Notes: generated by a model from the sequence alone, not told the origin. 64,000 nt of DNA from an uncultured Mobiluncus sp. (GCA_916438445.1 CAKAGR010000001.1:1404255-1468254), one strand, 5' to 3'. Positions 1 through 11,289 are shown, counted from the first letter of the stretch. Numbers and translations are program-made.

Positions 1-1071
1 GGTGGAAGCCGAAACCAAAGCCCAGGCCTCGTCGCGTTCCTCGTCCTCGTCCCCTACCGCGAACTTCCGCGCCAACACAGGGAAAACCACGGTCGCCACC
101 GGAAAAGTAAAGATCGCGTAAGGCAGCATATAGATGGCTGGGCATATTGGAAAATATTGATGGTACCCACTTCCCCGCCCCAGCGCGTCAGAAACAGTGT
201 GGCCAGCATATAGCCTTGCGTCGCCAGCAAGGCTCCGATTCCGAAGGCCCCCAGACGCAGCGCCGAAACGAACTGTTCCCGTGGCATCTTCCAGGTGGGC
301 CGCAGTCGCAGTCCCAAACGCCGCACCGGCCACAGCAGCGGCAGACTCAAAGCCACTACCCCGGCCGTGGTCCCCCACCCCAGCACTTGGATGGATAGCG
401 CGGAGGGAACCTCGCCTCTAGACAACCAGCCGTATCCCGCGTAGGCCGCGATGGTGACCACCGAGGAAACCGCGGGCATAATCGCTGGCCATGCGAATTT
501 CTGGTGTGCCTGCAGGATTCCGCCCAACACCACGGCGATTCCATAGAGAGGAATCTGCCAGGCGAACATCTGCAAGAAACTCGCGGTCAGGGCATTTTTG
601 CGCCTCCACGTCCGAACCCACCGAGCTGGGCAGCAGCGCAGCCAGGGGACGGGCCAGGACGAACATCACTACGCCCAGGGGAATCAGCAAGCTCAGAGTC
701 CAAGTCAGCAAGGCGCTGGCGGTGCGAGAGACCTCGCGAGTCAGGTGTTTCGCCAAGCCCCCCGCCAGCAAAGGCACTGTGATTGAAGCCAGGGCTCCCC
801 CCACCACGACCTCGAAAATCACGTTGGGAATCTGGTTGGCCGAGGCATAGGCATTGCCGACACTTCCCGCACCGACCCAGGTGGCTTGTCCCAACCAGCG
901 GCCGAAACCAAAGAGTCGGGAAACCAAAGTAGCCACCGCCACGATTCCCGCGGCTCCGGCGATTTTCGCGGTGGAGTTTCGGGGGTTTCGGGTCTTCATT
1001 CTCCCCGTCGAGGTGTGGTTTTCGCCTTCCCTCGTCGAGGTCGGGTGGGTGGGTTGAGGGTGAGCGCTCAC
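1..1071 (-). CDS. murJ: MurJ/MviN-like lipid II flippase (partial, runs off left edge; frameshifted)
   Basis: ORFs 418..1071 and 54..575 join into a polytopic membrane protein with the MviN-type N-terminus (ATLVSRLFGFGR...NAYASANQIPNVIFEVVVGGAL). Position downstream of steA/steB is typical of the second actinobacterial MviN-like gene. Confidence 0.8.
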
Positions 1072-1927
1072 GGTTGCTCCGTGTAGGTGCGGGGTGCGCG
1101 GTTTTAGTTTCGGTTGGGGGTTTTCTGTCCTGGGTTTGGGGCAGACGACCCCAAGAGTCGATGCGGCTAAGCAGCGGATTTGCCTCTATCAGGCGCGAAA
1201 AACTCAGTTTTTCGCTCAGTAGTGTCAAAGCGGTGATGACACCCAGGACCGCCAGTTTCGCGGTTTTAGAGCGCCCCTGTACCCAGGTCGCCCCCAGGGC
1301 TGCCCCCAAGGCATTGGCACCCGTGTCTCCCAGCATGGTCTTTTCGCCCAGGTCACCGGGCAGCGCCAAGGCAATCAGCGCCAGGTTCAGCCCTGCCTGG
1401 ACCGTGGCTGGACGGGGGCTAAGTTGAGACGCGCCGGCATTGGCCCGGGTTTTCGCCGGGGGAATCAGCCCGGCTCCCGCCCCTAAGACCGCGGCTTTCA
1501 AGGCACGTCCGGGTCGCAGATCCAACAGGTTCAACAGATTCGCGCTTCCCGCGACAATCGCCGCTTCGGCTCCCCAATCTATCCAGTCACGCCGCGGTTT
1601 GGTAGACACGGCTCCCGTAGCCAGCAAAACCAGCATCTTCACCAATCCGGGGCTCAACCTGCCTTCCCGCAAAGCACCCAGGTGGCCTTTGAGTCCTTTC
1701 GTGGCTTTGTTCTGGGCGCTGGTGTCTTGCAGGTCATCGTACAAGCCGGCCGCGCCTGCCAGCGTGGCGGTAGCGCAGACCCTGGCGGAACTGGCGTCCC
1801 GTCGCGTCCAGGCAACTACCCCGTGGGCTTTACTGAGTCCCGACCACAACGCGATACCGCCCCACAGGCTGACTTTACGGCCGTGAAAGTTCAACCTGGT
1901 GAGTTTGTCTGAAAAACTACCCTCCAT
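1068..1927 (-). CDS. Glycosyltransferase family 4 / MraY-like membrane protein (3' end probably frameshifted)
   Basis: Part of ORF 587..2113 from MEGSFSDK. Motifs GLYDD, NLLNLLDLRPGRALK and MLGDTGANALG fit the GT4/PNPT-like family. A TGA at 1068-1070 overlaps the murJ GTG in another frame. Confidence 0.65.
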
Positions 1928-1952
1928 CGCTCCAGCCTCTCTGGGGTCTACC

Positions 1953-2985
1953 TCACTGTGCCGGTGCGGTTGGGGCCGGCCGGGAGGTAGCGTTGTTGCT
2001 GGTTGCCCCGGTGTTGTTCTGGTTCTGGGACTCGGGCTGCGCGGTGGGTTGGGGTACCTCCGTAATCGGAGGCAACAGAGCCGAAGTATGTTCACCGCTG
2101 CCCCACGCCCCATAGGTACCGTTCATGGTGGCGCTCAGCGCGAAAGGCAGAGTCAACAGACCAGCGACAGTGCCGATACCGTCCACTGTACTGAGGGAGT
2201 TAGAGCCACTGCGCAACACTGAAATCAGATCCGTGGGTTCGAGGGCCGATCCAAAGAACACCGCTCCGCCACCGAAACTACTGATGGTGCGGGCAAAATC
2301 AGTGTACTGGGGTTGCACCTCGGTGGCAGCTGTCGCCTTGGTGTCTTCGCTTTGCTTTTTCGCCAAGACCTTTGTCCGAGGTCCAATCACAATCGCGGCC
2401 CGCGCCGCCGCGGTGGCGGGGGTGGGTATCTGCACCAGAGGGGTATCAGCTACCGTCAAGATTCCCGCTAAAGCTTCGTTGTGTCCCGCGAAAACCAGTT
2501 GCCCCACCGCCGCCGCCAAGATGGAATCCGGATTCGTAGCACGGGTCTTGTCATCCAAGTACTGAGTTATCTGCGCCGAGAGTGCCTCGCGATAGGCCTT
2601 CTTTGCCGTCGAGAAGAAATCAGCTTGCAGATTCACCTGGGCACTGATATGCCCCCCCGGCTTGGTCGATCTTGGTGCTGACGGCTGAAACATCGTCACC
2701 ATCGGCACCGGGCATCACAAACAGAGCGATGTTTTGCCCGTTGAGTACCCCGTTGAAAATCCGCGAGGAGAGCTGCTCCATCATCTGACCATCGGCGTTC
2801 ATCTGAGCCTGGACCTCGTTGAGTTGCTCACTCAAGGCGTTGCGATCCTCGCGCAGTTTATCGACCTGGCCGGTGAGGGTATCTCCGATGGGTTCCGCCA
2901 GTGGTCCCGCCCCCAGCACAATCCCTACGGCCAGGGCCAGGAACACGGCTATCAATGACACCAGATGGTAACGAAAATCAATCAT
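1953..2985 (-). CDS. steB: SteB / MctB (DUF3186) family protein, frameshifted
   Basis: Diagnostic N-terminus MIDFRYHLVSLIAVFLALAVGIVLG followed by a coiled coil (2620..2985). Continues in 1953..2708 with LSTVDG. Lies directly downstream of steA. Confidence 0.8.
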
Positions 2986-3033
2986 CTATCTCTCTTTTCC
3001 GTGTCTGTTCATCTCTACTGCGAGCTCCCGCAG

Positions 3034-4212
3034 TTATCCGACCAAATTCCTTAAGTTCTGCCACCACACATCCAAGTTTGCCGCCACCAAGGCCAAGAAG
3101 GTTTGCCCCGCAGTGGTGGAAGCCAAAGCGGCCCCCAAGGCCACCAACCCCGCCAGTCCCAGAACCCACAGCTGTCGGTTTGAGATTCTGGGACGGTACA
3201 GTTTCGAGACCCCTTTGGCGTCAACCAGTTTCCCCCGACCCGCAGCCTGGTCAGAAAAAGTAGAGGACATCCCTCGAACGGCCTTTTATCCAGGAACTCC
3301 ACCAGGGTGGCGTGAGTCCCCAAGGCGACAATCAACTCGGCCCCCAACTCATCTGCCATCAACATGGTGATGTCTTCGGAGGTTCCCGAAGCCGCGAAAA
3401 ACCATTGGTTCGATCCCGAGTTCCTGGACCCGGGCCAGTCCGGGCGCCTTGCCGTTAGAGTAGGCGTGCACCACCACTTCCGCCCCGCACTTCAGGGCTT
3501 TATCCGAGACTGAATCCATGTCGCCCACAATCATGTCGGGCTTCAGACCGATCTCTAGCAGGGCATCTGCCCCACCATCCACCCCGATCAACACCGGGTG
3601 GTATTCCCGAATATAGGGACGCAGCGAGGCCAAGTCTTCCTTGTAGTTATAGCCGCGCACCACCATCAGGACCTGTCGTCCGTTCAACTGAGTGCGGATC
3701 CGCGGTACCCCCACACCGTCAAGGAGCAAGTCTCTTTCTCGACGCAGATACTCCATGGTATTCGCCGTGAAGGCCTCGATCTGTACTCCTAAAGATGCCT
3801 TCGCTGCTTCCATCGCCTCCAGATTCGTAGCCTCGGTCTGCACGGTGCCTTCCGCCACCAGTTTGCCATCTTTGAAAACCTGGTTGCCTTGAATCTGGAC
3901 TCGCTGACCTTCATTCAAAGTCATCACGTCCGCGCCCAAGTCGTCAATCAACAAAATCCCCGCGTCCAGCAACAGTTTCGGGCCCTGGTTGGGGTACCTC
4001 CCCGAAGTGGATTTCTCGGCGTTAAGTACCGCTGCGGGTGCCGCCGCCACCAGGGATTCCGCCGCGACTCGGTCGATATCCAGATGAGAAATCACCGCGA
4101 TTTCCCCAGGTTGGAGTCTCTTTACCAGTTTCTTGGTTCGTTGATCTACCCGAACCACAGCCTGCTTGGGTCCGTCGGCGGTTTTCGCTTTGCGGTTAAA
4201 CATCAAACTCAC
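3034..4212 (-). CDS. steA: Putative cytokinetic ring protein SteA (thiamine pyrophosphokinase-like domain), frameshifted
   Basis: RTKKLVKRLQPGEIAVISHLDIDRVAAE, SGRYPNQGP, IGVDGGADAL, IVGDMDSVSD. Later fragments ALGTHATLVEFLDK and STF...GKLVDAKGVSKLYR, then a C-terminal TM segment. Confidence 0.85.
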
Positions 4213-5907
4213 GCCTCGAATTGTCCCACATTCGCCTGCCTCAACAGCTCATCGGCGTGCTCGAGCGCAGTTTTTGTCACTTTATTACCTGAAATCATCC
4301 GCGCCAGTTCTTCCCGGCGCTGCGAGGCATCCAGTACTCGCAACTTGCTGTGACCTTGGACTTTCTCTACTTGAATTTGCGTCTGCGCGAAAGCCGCCAC
4401 CTGCGCCAGGTGCGTCACCACAATAACTTGATAATCGCCAGACAGCGCCTGCAACCGGCGCCCCACCTCGATCCCGGCCTGTCCCCCGATTCCGGCATCA
4501 ACTTCATCGAAAACGAAAGTACGGCGTGGTGCACCCGGCGCCCCACCGGTTTTCGTCCCCGCCAAAGTTACTTCCAGCGCCAACATGATGCGCGAAAGTT
4601 CCCCGCCAGAAGCCGCCTGACTCAGAGGCAATATGGCAGACTTGGGGTGTGGTTGCAGCATGAACTGCACGCGGTCACCACCGTGAGCCGCGGCTTCTTG
4701 GTTTTCCAGCGCAATCGAAACTTTCGTGGCTTTCATATCCAGCCCGCTCAGTTCACGGTTAATTCCCTTTTCGAGGGCAGCGGCGGTTTCTTGGCGCCGT
4801 AGGTGCAGAAGTTGTGCCGCGTCGAGGAGCGCGGCGTGGCTTTCGTCTAGAAGCCTACGTAGTTCGGCAAGTTTTTCTTCCCCGCCGCTGATGCTGCGAA
4901 GTTCTCGGCAGCGCTTTGCCAGGGCTCTATCCAAGTCATTGGGGTCCACCCCAACCTTGCGCCCCAAATCATTCAAGGCTGCGCGCCGCGAAAGATTTTC
5001 TTGCAACAACTGCGGATCAGCCGCGAGGTCTTGCAAATACGCCTCGATATCCCGCACCGCCTCGGCTAAGGCATAACGGCTGGACTCTATCGAGTTAAAC
5101 ACCTCTTCCAAAGCCGGGTCCTCTTGTGCGGCTTTCTCCAGGGCACGCGCAGCCACAATCACCTGGTCGCTGGCTCCCGGATAATCCATATCTGAACTGC
5201 TCAGAGCCATCAGCGCCGCCGCCAGGTTTTCCCGCAGACTCTCGACATTGGAAAGCTTGGCTATCTGAGAGGCCAACTGGTCGAATTCTCCCACCCTGTG
5301 GGTCTAGTTTCTCGAATTCTTCCAATACCTCCCGCAGTGCCTGCATACGCTGGGCTCGCGCTGCGGTGTTTTCTTCCCAGTCACGATACTGTGATTGCGC
5401 TGATTTCCAGTCCTCCCACGCTTGGAGATAGTCGCGCAAAGCCGCCTGGTGCGCGGCCCCTCCAAACGAGTCCAGGGCTTCGCGCTGAGCTTTCTCGCTG
5501 CGCAAACGCAGTTGTGTGGCCTGTCCGTGCACCGACACCAACTGCTCCCCCAGCTGAGCCAAAACCGCAGCCGGGACGGTGCGTCCCCCCAGGTGCGCCC
5601 GGGACCGAGCCGTAGCTGGAACTATCCGGGCGACCTCGACCGCGCCTTCCTCGACTTCACCCCCGGCCTCCCGCACCACTGCGGCGGCTTCCTCGTCCAC
5701 GATAAAAGTACCCTCGACCACAGCTTTGTCTTGACCCACCGGAACCAAAGCAGCATCCGCCTTTGCCCCCAACAACCAGTCCAGCGAGGTTAACAACATG
5801 GATTTACCCGCCCCGGTTTCCCCGGTAATCACACTCAGCCCGGGGGAAAAACTGAGCTCGGCGGAATCAATACTGCCCAACTGCCCAACCCGAATCGATT
5901 CGATCAT
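4209..5907 (-). CDS. recN: DNA repair protein RecN, frameshifted near 5295
   Basis: Walker A ITGETGAGKS, signature ASGGELSRIMLALEV, Walker B FVFDEVDAGIGG, VTHLAQVAA. Confidence 0.95.
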
Positions 5908-5932
5908 AAGTGAAATCCTCTTTCTGTTTTCC

Positions 5933-6770
5933 TCAATCCTGGGTGCGCCAGCCCTCGACCGGCAGGGCAAATTTCTTTACCAGGCGTGTCGTAAAAGGAT
6001 ACATAGTCAAACGCGCCAGACGCATCTTCGTGGCTGACTTCGTCACCGTGATGGAACTGCCTCCGGGCGCTATCAGGGTGCGCCTTCCATCGGCGGTAAC
6101 TTCGCAGTCGTGCATCTGGCTGGGTGGAATCTGAATCTCTAACACTGAAGCGGGTGAAAGCACCAGGGAACGCGTAAATAGCCCGTGGGCCGCTAGGGGG
6201 GAAAGCACCAGAGCCTGCACGTCGGGCCACACCACCGGGCCGCCCACCGAAAAGTTATAGGCCGTAGAGCCGGTGGGAGTGGAAACAATCAGCCCGTCAG
6301 CGGCGTATTCGCTCACGGCCTGTCCATCCACGCCGAAGGCCAGCAGGGCGGGATGCGAGCGATTCGTGGACTGCACCACAATGTCGTTGGCTGCCCATTC
6401 ACGCTGGACTTCTCCGTCGGGGCGATGCACCGCCACGTCGATGCACATCCGCGACTCGACCATGTATTCCCCGTCGATGGCGCGTTGACACACCTCGGTG
6501 ATGCCTTCTTGTTCGGCCTCGGCCAGGAAACCGACATGCCCCAGATTCACCCCGATAACCGGCACATCTTGCAGATGCGCAATATTTCGCGGCCTCCAAA
6601 ATCGTTCCGTCACCACCCAGCACGATAATCAGCTCTATATTGGCTTTGCTGTCGCGGTCCACCACCTGGATTCCGGCATTTCGTAACAGTTCGTGCGCTT
6701 GGGCTGCGGCCTGCAGCGCGGCAGGACGGTGCCGATGATTGAAAACCATGATGCGGCGTTGTTCTGACAT
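5933..6770 (-). CDS. ppnK: NAD kinase, frameshifted
   Basis: LGGDGTIL, GVNLGHVGFL and ADGLIVSTPTGSTAYNFSVGGP motifs across ORFs 6399..6770 and 5933..6616. Confidence 0.93.
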
Positions 6771-6889
6771 TGCTTTGCCTTTCCGCTGTGACTATTCCAA
6801 GTCTGCCATATCTTTGCCCGGCGTATTCCCCCGCTGTGGATAACTCTAAAACCGCACTTCAGAGGCCTCTCGAAGTTTTCCACAGGGCC

Positions 6890-7720
6890 TTACTTCGGCC
6901 CTCTTTCAATCGCCAGATGACAGGCCCGGACGAGGTCCTCCTGCCGCAGTCCCGGCCCCACCTGCGTTTCAGGGGCAAAGTACAAGAAGTACTCGACATT
7001 CCCCTTCGGGCCGGCGAGGCCCGAAGGGGCCACCTGCAGGATCGACATCCCCAGAGACATTGCGGCTTGGGCCACCCCCAGAACAGTATCTTCCCGTTGT
7101 TTGGCCTCACGCACCACTCCGCCGCTGCCCAAGTGCTCTTTGCCAATCTCGAACTGCGGTTTGACCATCAAAAAATAGCGGGTTTCAGGCCTCGCCACCT
7201 TCACCAAGGCAGGTAACACCAGCTCCAAAGAAATAAAAGACAGGTCCCCCACCACCAGAGTTGGGGCGGGTTGAATCAACTCGGGGTCGAGGTGTCGCAC
7301 ATTGGTGCGTTCCAGATTCACCACGCGTTCATCACTGCGTAGCTGCCACGCCAGTTGGCCGTAGCCAACATCCACTGCGAAAACCTGCGCCGCGCCGCGA
7401 CGCAGTAATACATCGGTGAAACCACCGGTAGAGGCCCCGGCATCCAGACACACCGCCCCCTCTATCTGGGGCAAGTCAGGTCCATAGAGCTCCAGGTAAT
7501 CAAAGGCACCCAGGATTTTGTGTGCTCCCCGAGAGGCGTATTGCACCTGGCTGGGGTCACGCAAAACTATCGCGGCGCTGAGTTCCACCTGCCGGGCGGG
7601 TTTCAGGGATTCGACCCCGTTGACCAAGACCTGACCGCCCTGAATCAGAGCGGCCGCTTGGGTGCGGGATTCCGCCAGGTGGCGGCGCACCAGCTCGGTG
7701 TCCAGGCGCGCTCGCTTCAA
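6890..7720 (-). CDS. tlyA: TlyA family rRNA 2'-O-methyltransferase
   Basis: S4 domain RLDTELVRR, LDAGASTGGFTDVLL, VDVGYGQL, DLSFISL, VKPQFE, GPKGNVEY. Confidence 0.95.
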   Translation of the reverse strand: MKRARLDTELVRRHLAESRTQAAALIQGGQVLVNGVESLKPARQVELSAAIVLRDPSQVQYASRGAHKILGAFDYLELYGPDLPQIEGAVCLDAGASTGGFTDVLLRRGAAQVFAVDVGYGQLAWQLRSDERVVNLERTNVRHLDPELIQPAPTLVVGDLSFISLELVLPALVKVARPETRYFLMVKPQFEIGKEHLGSGGVVREAKQREDTVLGVAQAAMSLGMSILQVAPSGLAGPKGNVEYFLYFAPETQVGPGLRQEDLVRACHLAIERGPK

Positions 7721-7878
7721 CTGTTCAGCACTTTCTCCAGTTCGGCTCTGATGCCCTCCAGCACTTCGAGTTGCTGTTCAAGTCCCGCAGTTTCCAGGGT
7801 TTCGAGGTCTTCGCGGTAGTCTCGCAAATCCTCGTTATTCAATCCCAGAGAACTGGGGGTGGGTTTCGCGGTCTCCAT
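7717..7878 (-). CDS. Small acidic helical hypothetical protein (53 aa, below ORF-track cutoff)
   Basis: METAKPTPSSLGLNNEDLRDYREDLETLETAGLEQQLEVLEGIRAELEKVLNS*. ATG lies 1 nt after the HAD stop and TGA overlaps the tlyA TTG (TTGA), suggesting translational coupling. Confidence 0.7.
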   Translation of the reverse strand: METAKPTPSSLGLNNEDLRDYREDLETLETAGLEQQLEVLEGIRAELEKVLNS

Positions 7879-7879
7879 C

Positions 7880-9317
7880 TCACTGCCCAGCTTCGTTATC
7901 CTCAGGTGCAGCCTCTAGAGTCTGCGAAACCTCAGGATCCTCTAGGGTCGCGGAAACTTCCGGAGTCTGCGGTGCATCCTCTACTTGCTGTCCCGCGACA
8001 CCTTCAAAGTCTTCGCCGGACTCGAAGTCATCTGCACCGACTTCCTGCTCGATCTGTGCCAACAACTCGACGTCTTCGGTGGAGAATTCCCGTTCCACTT
8101 CTCGCACCACTTCGAAATCGGGGCATTCCAGGCGCAAACCCTGGTCCTTGGCGTACCACGCGGCAGCCAACAGGGCCCGGAATTCCGCCAGGGAAACCTG
8201 CAGCCCCGCTTCGGTCAGCTTCCCAACCCCGCGCAGCTCCAGCAACCCCGAACTGTGGTTCACCCGGGCCAAGGCTCCGTCCACGTACCACCAACCGCGC
8301 GGAGTCAGGGTGGGACGCGAGAAAGGACGCTGCAAATCACTGAGGTCCAGCGCCACGAAGTCCGGGCGCTGTTTGTCCCCGGCCAGCAAAAGCTGACGCG
8401 GCTTGGTCAAACCAGTCATCACCACGCAGGACTTCACCCGCGCCCCGTTGGCTCCGATGATGTCTGTAGCCAGCTGGTCCCCCACCGCCACGGTCTTGTC
8501 CCGCAATACGCGTAGCTGCCACTTGTTCCGCCGCCCTTCGGCTTGCGCCGCACGCTGTTCTTCGCGCTGCTCGGGGCTGAGCTCCATCTCGGCTTCACCG
8601 TCGTGCTTCGCCTCCCATTCGGTCAGCTGAGCCTGCAAGGCCGTCTCTACCTCGGCGAAAGCCTGTTTCATCCACTCTATATCCCCGGCCATGCCCTGGG
8701 CTCGTCGCAAAGCCAAGTTATAGATAGAAGGCTGGGGTTTACCGCATTCCACGGGCTGGGCGCGGGTAACCTGTCGCACGGCCTCGACAAAAGAACCGTT
8801 CCCGATGGCGCGCCCTTGCTCGGTGGGAAGGGCGTAATCCAGGTTCGTCGCCACCCACGTCGCGCCGGCCTCGATGGCATAGCAGGCCTCGGAGAGAATC
8901 TTCCAATCCACGTCGAAGCCCAGGCCTTGCAGCACGGCTTCGGGCTCCTCGCTGGCGCTGAACACCGGCCGCATCCCCGCGGCTTCGACGGCGGCTCGCA
9001 CTCCCGGGCCTCCCACACACAGCACCTTGGCGTCTGGCGCCACCATCCCTTTCAGGGCCTCTACCCCGTCTTGGGCCGAGTTCACCACGAATTGAGCCTG
9101 TGCCGCGATTCCAATTCCCGCCAACTTATCGGCAACAGCCTGCGGGGGTCGCGCCGCGTTATTCGTCAAGAAAAATACCTGCGCACCCAAATTGCGTGCC
9201 GCCGCGATCCCCCTCGACGGCGCCCTCGATGGCGGTATCACCGTGCCACGTCACCCCGTCCAGATCCAGCATCACTATGGGGTATTCCTCGACGAGGGCG
9301 ACGTTCGTTCCCTGCAT
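7880..9317 (-). CDS. HAD-IIA family hydrolase (NagD-like), frameshifted near 9210
   Basis: Motif I MLDLDGV (read upstream of the G-run frameshift), FLTNNA, ATNLD, CGKPQP, VGDQLATDIIGA, then an acidic C-terminal tail. Confidence 0.88.
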
Positions 9318-9346
9318 GGAGGTCGGGTTGGCGTGTTCCTCGGCTT

Positions 9347-10543
9347 CTATTCGGCTTGCAAATCATAGATGGCGACTTCTTCGGGCTCGGGCACAATCAA
9401 GGCCTCTACTGCCTCAGCTTCTTCCTCGCGCTGCAGTTCTCGCAGCCGGTCAGCCTTGACGCTCAACAGGCGATTACGCGAATAATCGTCCTCGGCGTCC
9501 ACCTTCCCCAAAGCGTTCTCGATTACCATCAATCCCACTTCGTGGTCACCCAGGTCGGCCCGGGCCGCGGACTCCACAATCGCCAACTCGGCTCGAGCGG
9601 CTTTATCTAAGGTACGTTTGTCGGTGGCGGCGATGATTTCCAGAGCCTTGGCGGGGTTGCCTAAACCGCGTTCGGAATCTGCCTCTACCGCGCGCAACAC
9701 GTCTGAACCGCTCATGCGCCGCACAGTGCGCACCTCGCGCAAGGCTTCGGAATACTTTCCGCAGGCATAGGCAGTCAGTGCCACGGCTTCACGCACCACA
9801 TCGATACGCCACGCCATCTTCAAGGCCGCTTGGGCGTGTTCATAAGCCAGTTCCGCATCGCTATCCACCAGTTCACCCGCCATAATCAGGTGCTTCGCCA
9901 CCATCTCGGCGGTTTCCTTGGGCAGGGGCGAGAGCTGGCGCCAGGCCTCGCGGTCCAGCTGATTAGCCTCAACCGTAGCGGGAATCTCGAGGTGGCGTGT
10001 ACGCCCCTGGGTGCCTTGTCCGCGACGCGAGGCACTCATGCGGGAACGCCCGTAGTCCCCGCGGTCCCCGCGAGGCGCACCGTAGCGTCCTTCTTGACCG
10101 TCACGGCCGTAGTGTCCACCCCTTGCTCCGCCACGTTGCGAAGCGTATCCACGTTTATCGTCCCGAGGTCCGCCTTTTGAGTTGTCGCGGTAATGGTCGC
10201 GTTGGTTGGGGCCGCGTCCCTGACGGTCTTCCCTAGAAGAAAAACCACGACCGGAGCGTCGGTCATTGTCGCGATTGTTCTTGTTGAATCCAGAACGGTT
10301 TGTGGAGTCTCGGTTCGACCCTTTGTTGAATCCGCCGCCCTTGAAGCCGCCTTTGGAGCGTCCCTGGCGGTTATCGCGATAGCCCTGGGAATCTTTGGAT
10401 TTCCCCGCATCGTTGTCGCGCTTGGAATCTGCATCTGTGGAATCGAAAGACCGGGATTCGCCCCGTTTATCGCGTGTGCGCGGACGCCAATTCTGTTCGG
10501 GGCCTTCGCCCACGTTTTCCCACGGCTTGCTGTCTTCTGCCAT
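9347..10543 (-). CDS. TPR-like protein with long R/G/D-rich low-complexity N-terminus
   Basis: About 180 aa of disordered RGG/RD-rich sequence, then VAKHLIMAG...VREAVALTAYACGKYSEALREVR...ADSERGLG helical repeats. Usual neighbour of the HAD-tlyA cluster in actinobacteria. Confidence 0.75.
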   Translation of the reverse strand: MAEDSKPWENVGEGPEQNWRPRTRDKRGESRSFDSTDADSKRDNDAGKSKDSQGYRDNRQGRSKGGFKGGGFNKGSNRDSTNRSGFNKNNRDNDRRSGRGFSSREDRQGRGPNQRDHYRDNSKGGPRDDKRGYASQRGGARGGHYGRDGQEGRYGAPRGDRGDYGRSRMSASRRGQGTQGRTRHLEIPATVEANQLDREAWRQLSPLPKETAEMVAKHLIMAGELVDSDAELAYEHAQAALKMAWRIDVVREAVALTAYACGKYSEALREVRTVRRMSGSDVLRAVEADSERGLGNPAKALEIIAATDKRTLDKAARAELAIVESAARADLGDHEVGLMVIENALGKVDAEDDYSRNRLLSVKADRLRELQREEEAEAVEALIVPEPEEVAIYDLQAE

Positions 10544-10682
10544 CTGCCAGACCCCTTGTCTTTCGATCCACTATTTCATTGTCAAGCCCGAAATTCTTTG
10601 CGGGCCAAATCACCTCTCTAGTTTACACGGATTTGCGCCGATTTAGCCGGGCGATGTCTTTGTCCACGCCGACTCACGTAAG

Positions 10683-11279
10683 ATGAGGCACATGAGAATC
10701 ATAGTTGCCGCCGATGGCTCGGCCCTGGGAAATCCCGGTCCGGCGGGTTGGGCCTGGTACATCAACCAAAACTGTTGGGCGACGGGAGGTTGGCCCAATT
10801 CCACGAATAACCGCGGGGAACTCATGGCGGTGCTGGATTTTCTGCAAAGAACCCGTGAACTTAGCGACATCGAATTCCACTTCCTGTGCGATTCGCAATA
10901 TGTCATCAACTCTGTGACCAAGTGGATGCCCAACTGGAAGCGCCGCGGGTGGCGCAAGGCTGACGGCAAACCCGTGTTAAACGAAGACCTGATGCGAAGT
11001 CTGGACCAGGAACTGGCCGGGCGTCCCATCACTTTTGAGTGGGTTCGCGGCCACAGGGGCCACGACCTCAACGAAATCGTCGATGATCTGGCTCGGGCGG
11101 CAGCCACCGCATACCAGCAAGGCAAAACCCCAAATCCCGGGCCGGGACTGAGCCTTGAAATCCAAGGCCTTTCGCTATCCCAAGCCTCGCCCTCACCAGA
11201 CCCCGCGACCTCGAACACCGCGACCTCGAACACCGCGACCTCGACCCCTGACCGGGCGAGTCAACCCACGCTGTTCTAA
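10683..11279 (+). CDS. rnhA: Ribonuclease HI
   Basis: AADGSALGNPGPAGW, STNNRGELMA, CDSQYV, WKRRGWRKADGKPVLN, WVRGHRGHDLNEIVDDLA. Confidence 0.93.
   Translation: MRHMRIIVAADGSALGNPGPAGWAWYINQNCWATGGWPNSTNNRGELMAVLDFLQRTRELSDIEFHFLCDSQYVINSVTKWMPNWKRRGWRKADGKPVLNEDLMRSLDQELAGRPITFEWVRGHRGHDLNEIVDDLARAAATAYQQGKTPNPGPGLSLEIQGLSLSQASPSPDPATSNTATSNTATSTPDRASQPTLF
11203..11247 (+). repeat. 15-bp tandem repeat x3 (CCGCGACCTCGAACA) in rnhA tail
   Basis: Units at 11203, 11218 and 11233 encode ATSNT-ATSNT-ATSTP. Each contains the CCTCGA core. Confidence 0.9.
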
Positions 11280-11289
11280 ACTGGTTCCT

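Noticed and set aside
587..2113. 508-aa ORF as a GT4-MurJ fusion
   Set aside because: The part overlapping murJ is out of frame with MurJ and reads as nonsense. A stop overlapping the murJ start exists in another frame, so an indel is the simpler explanation.
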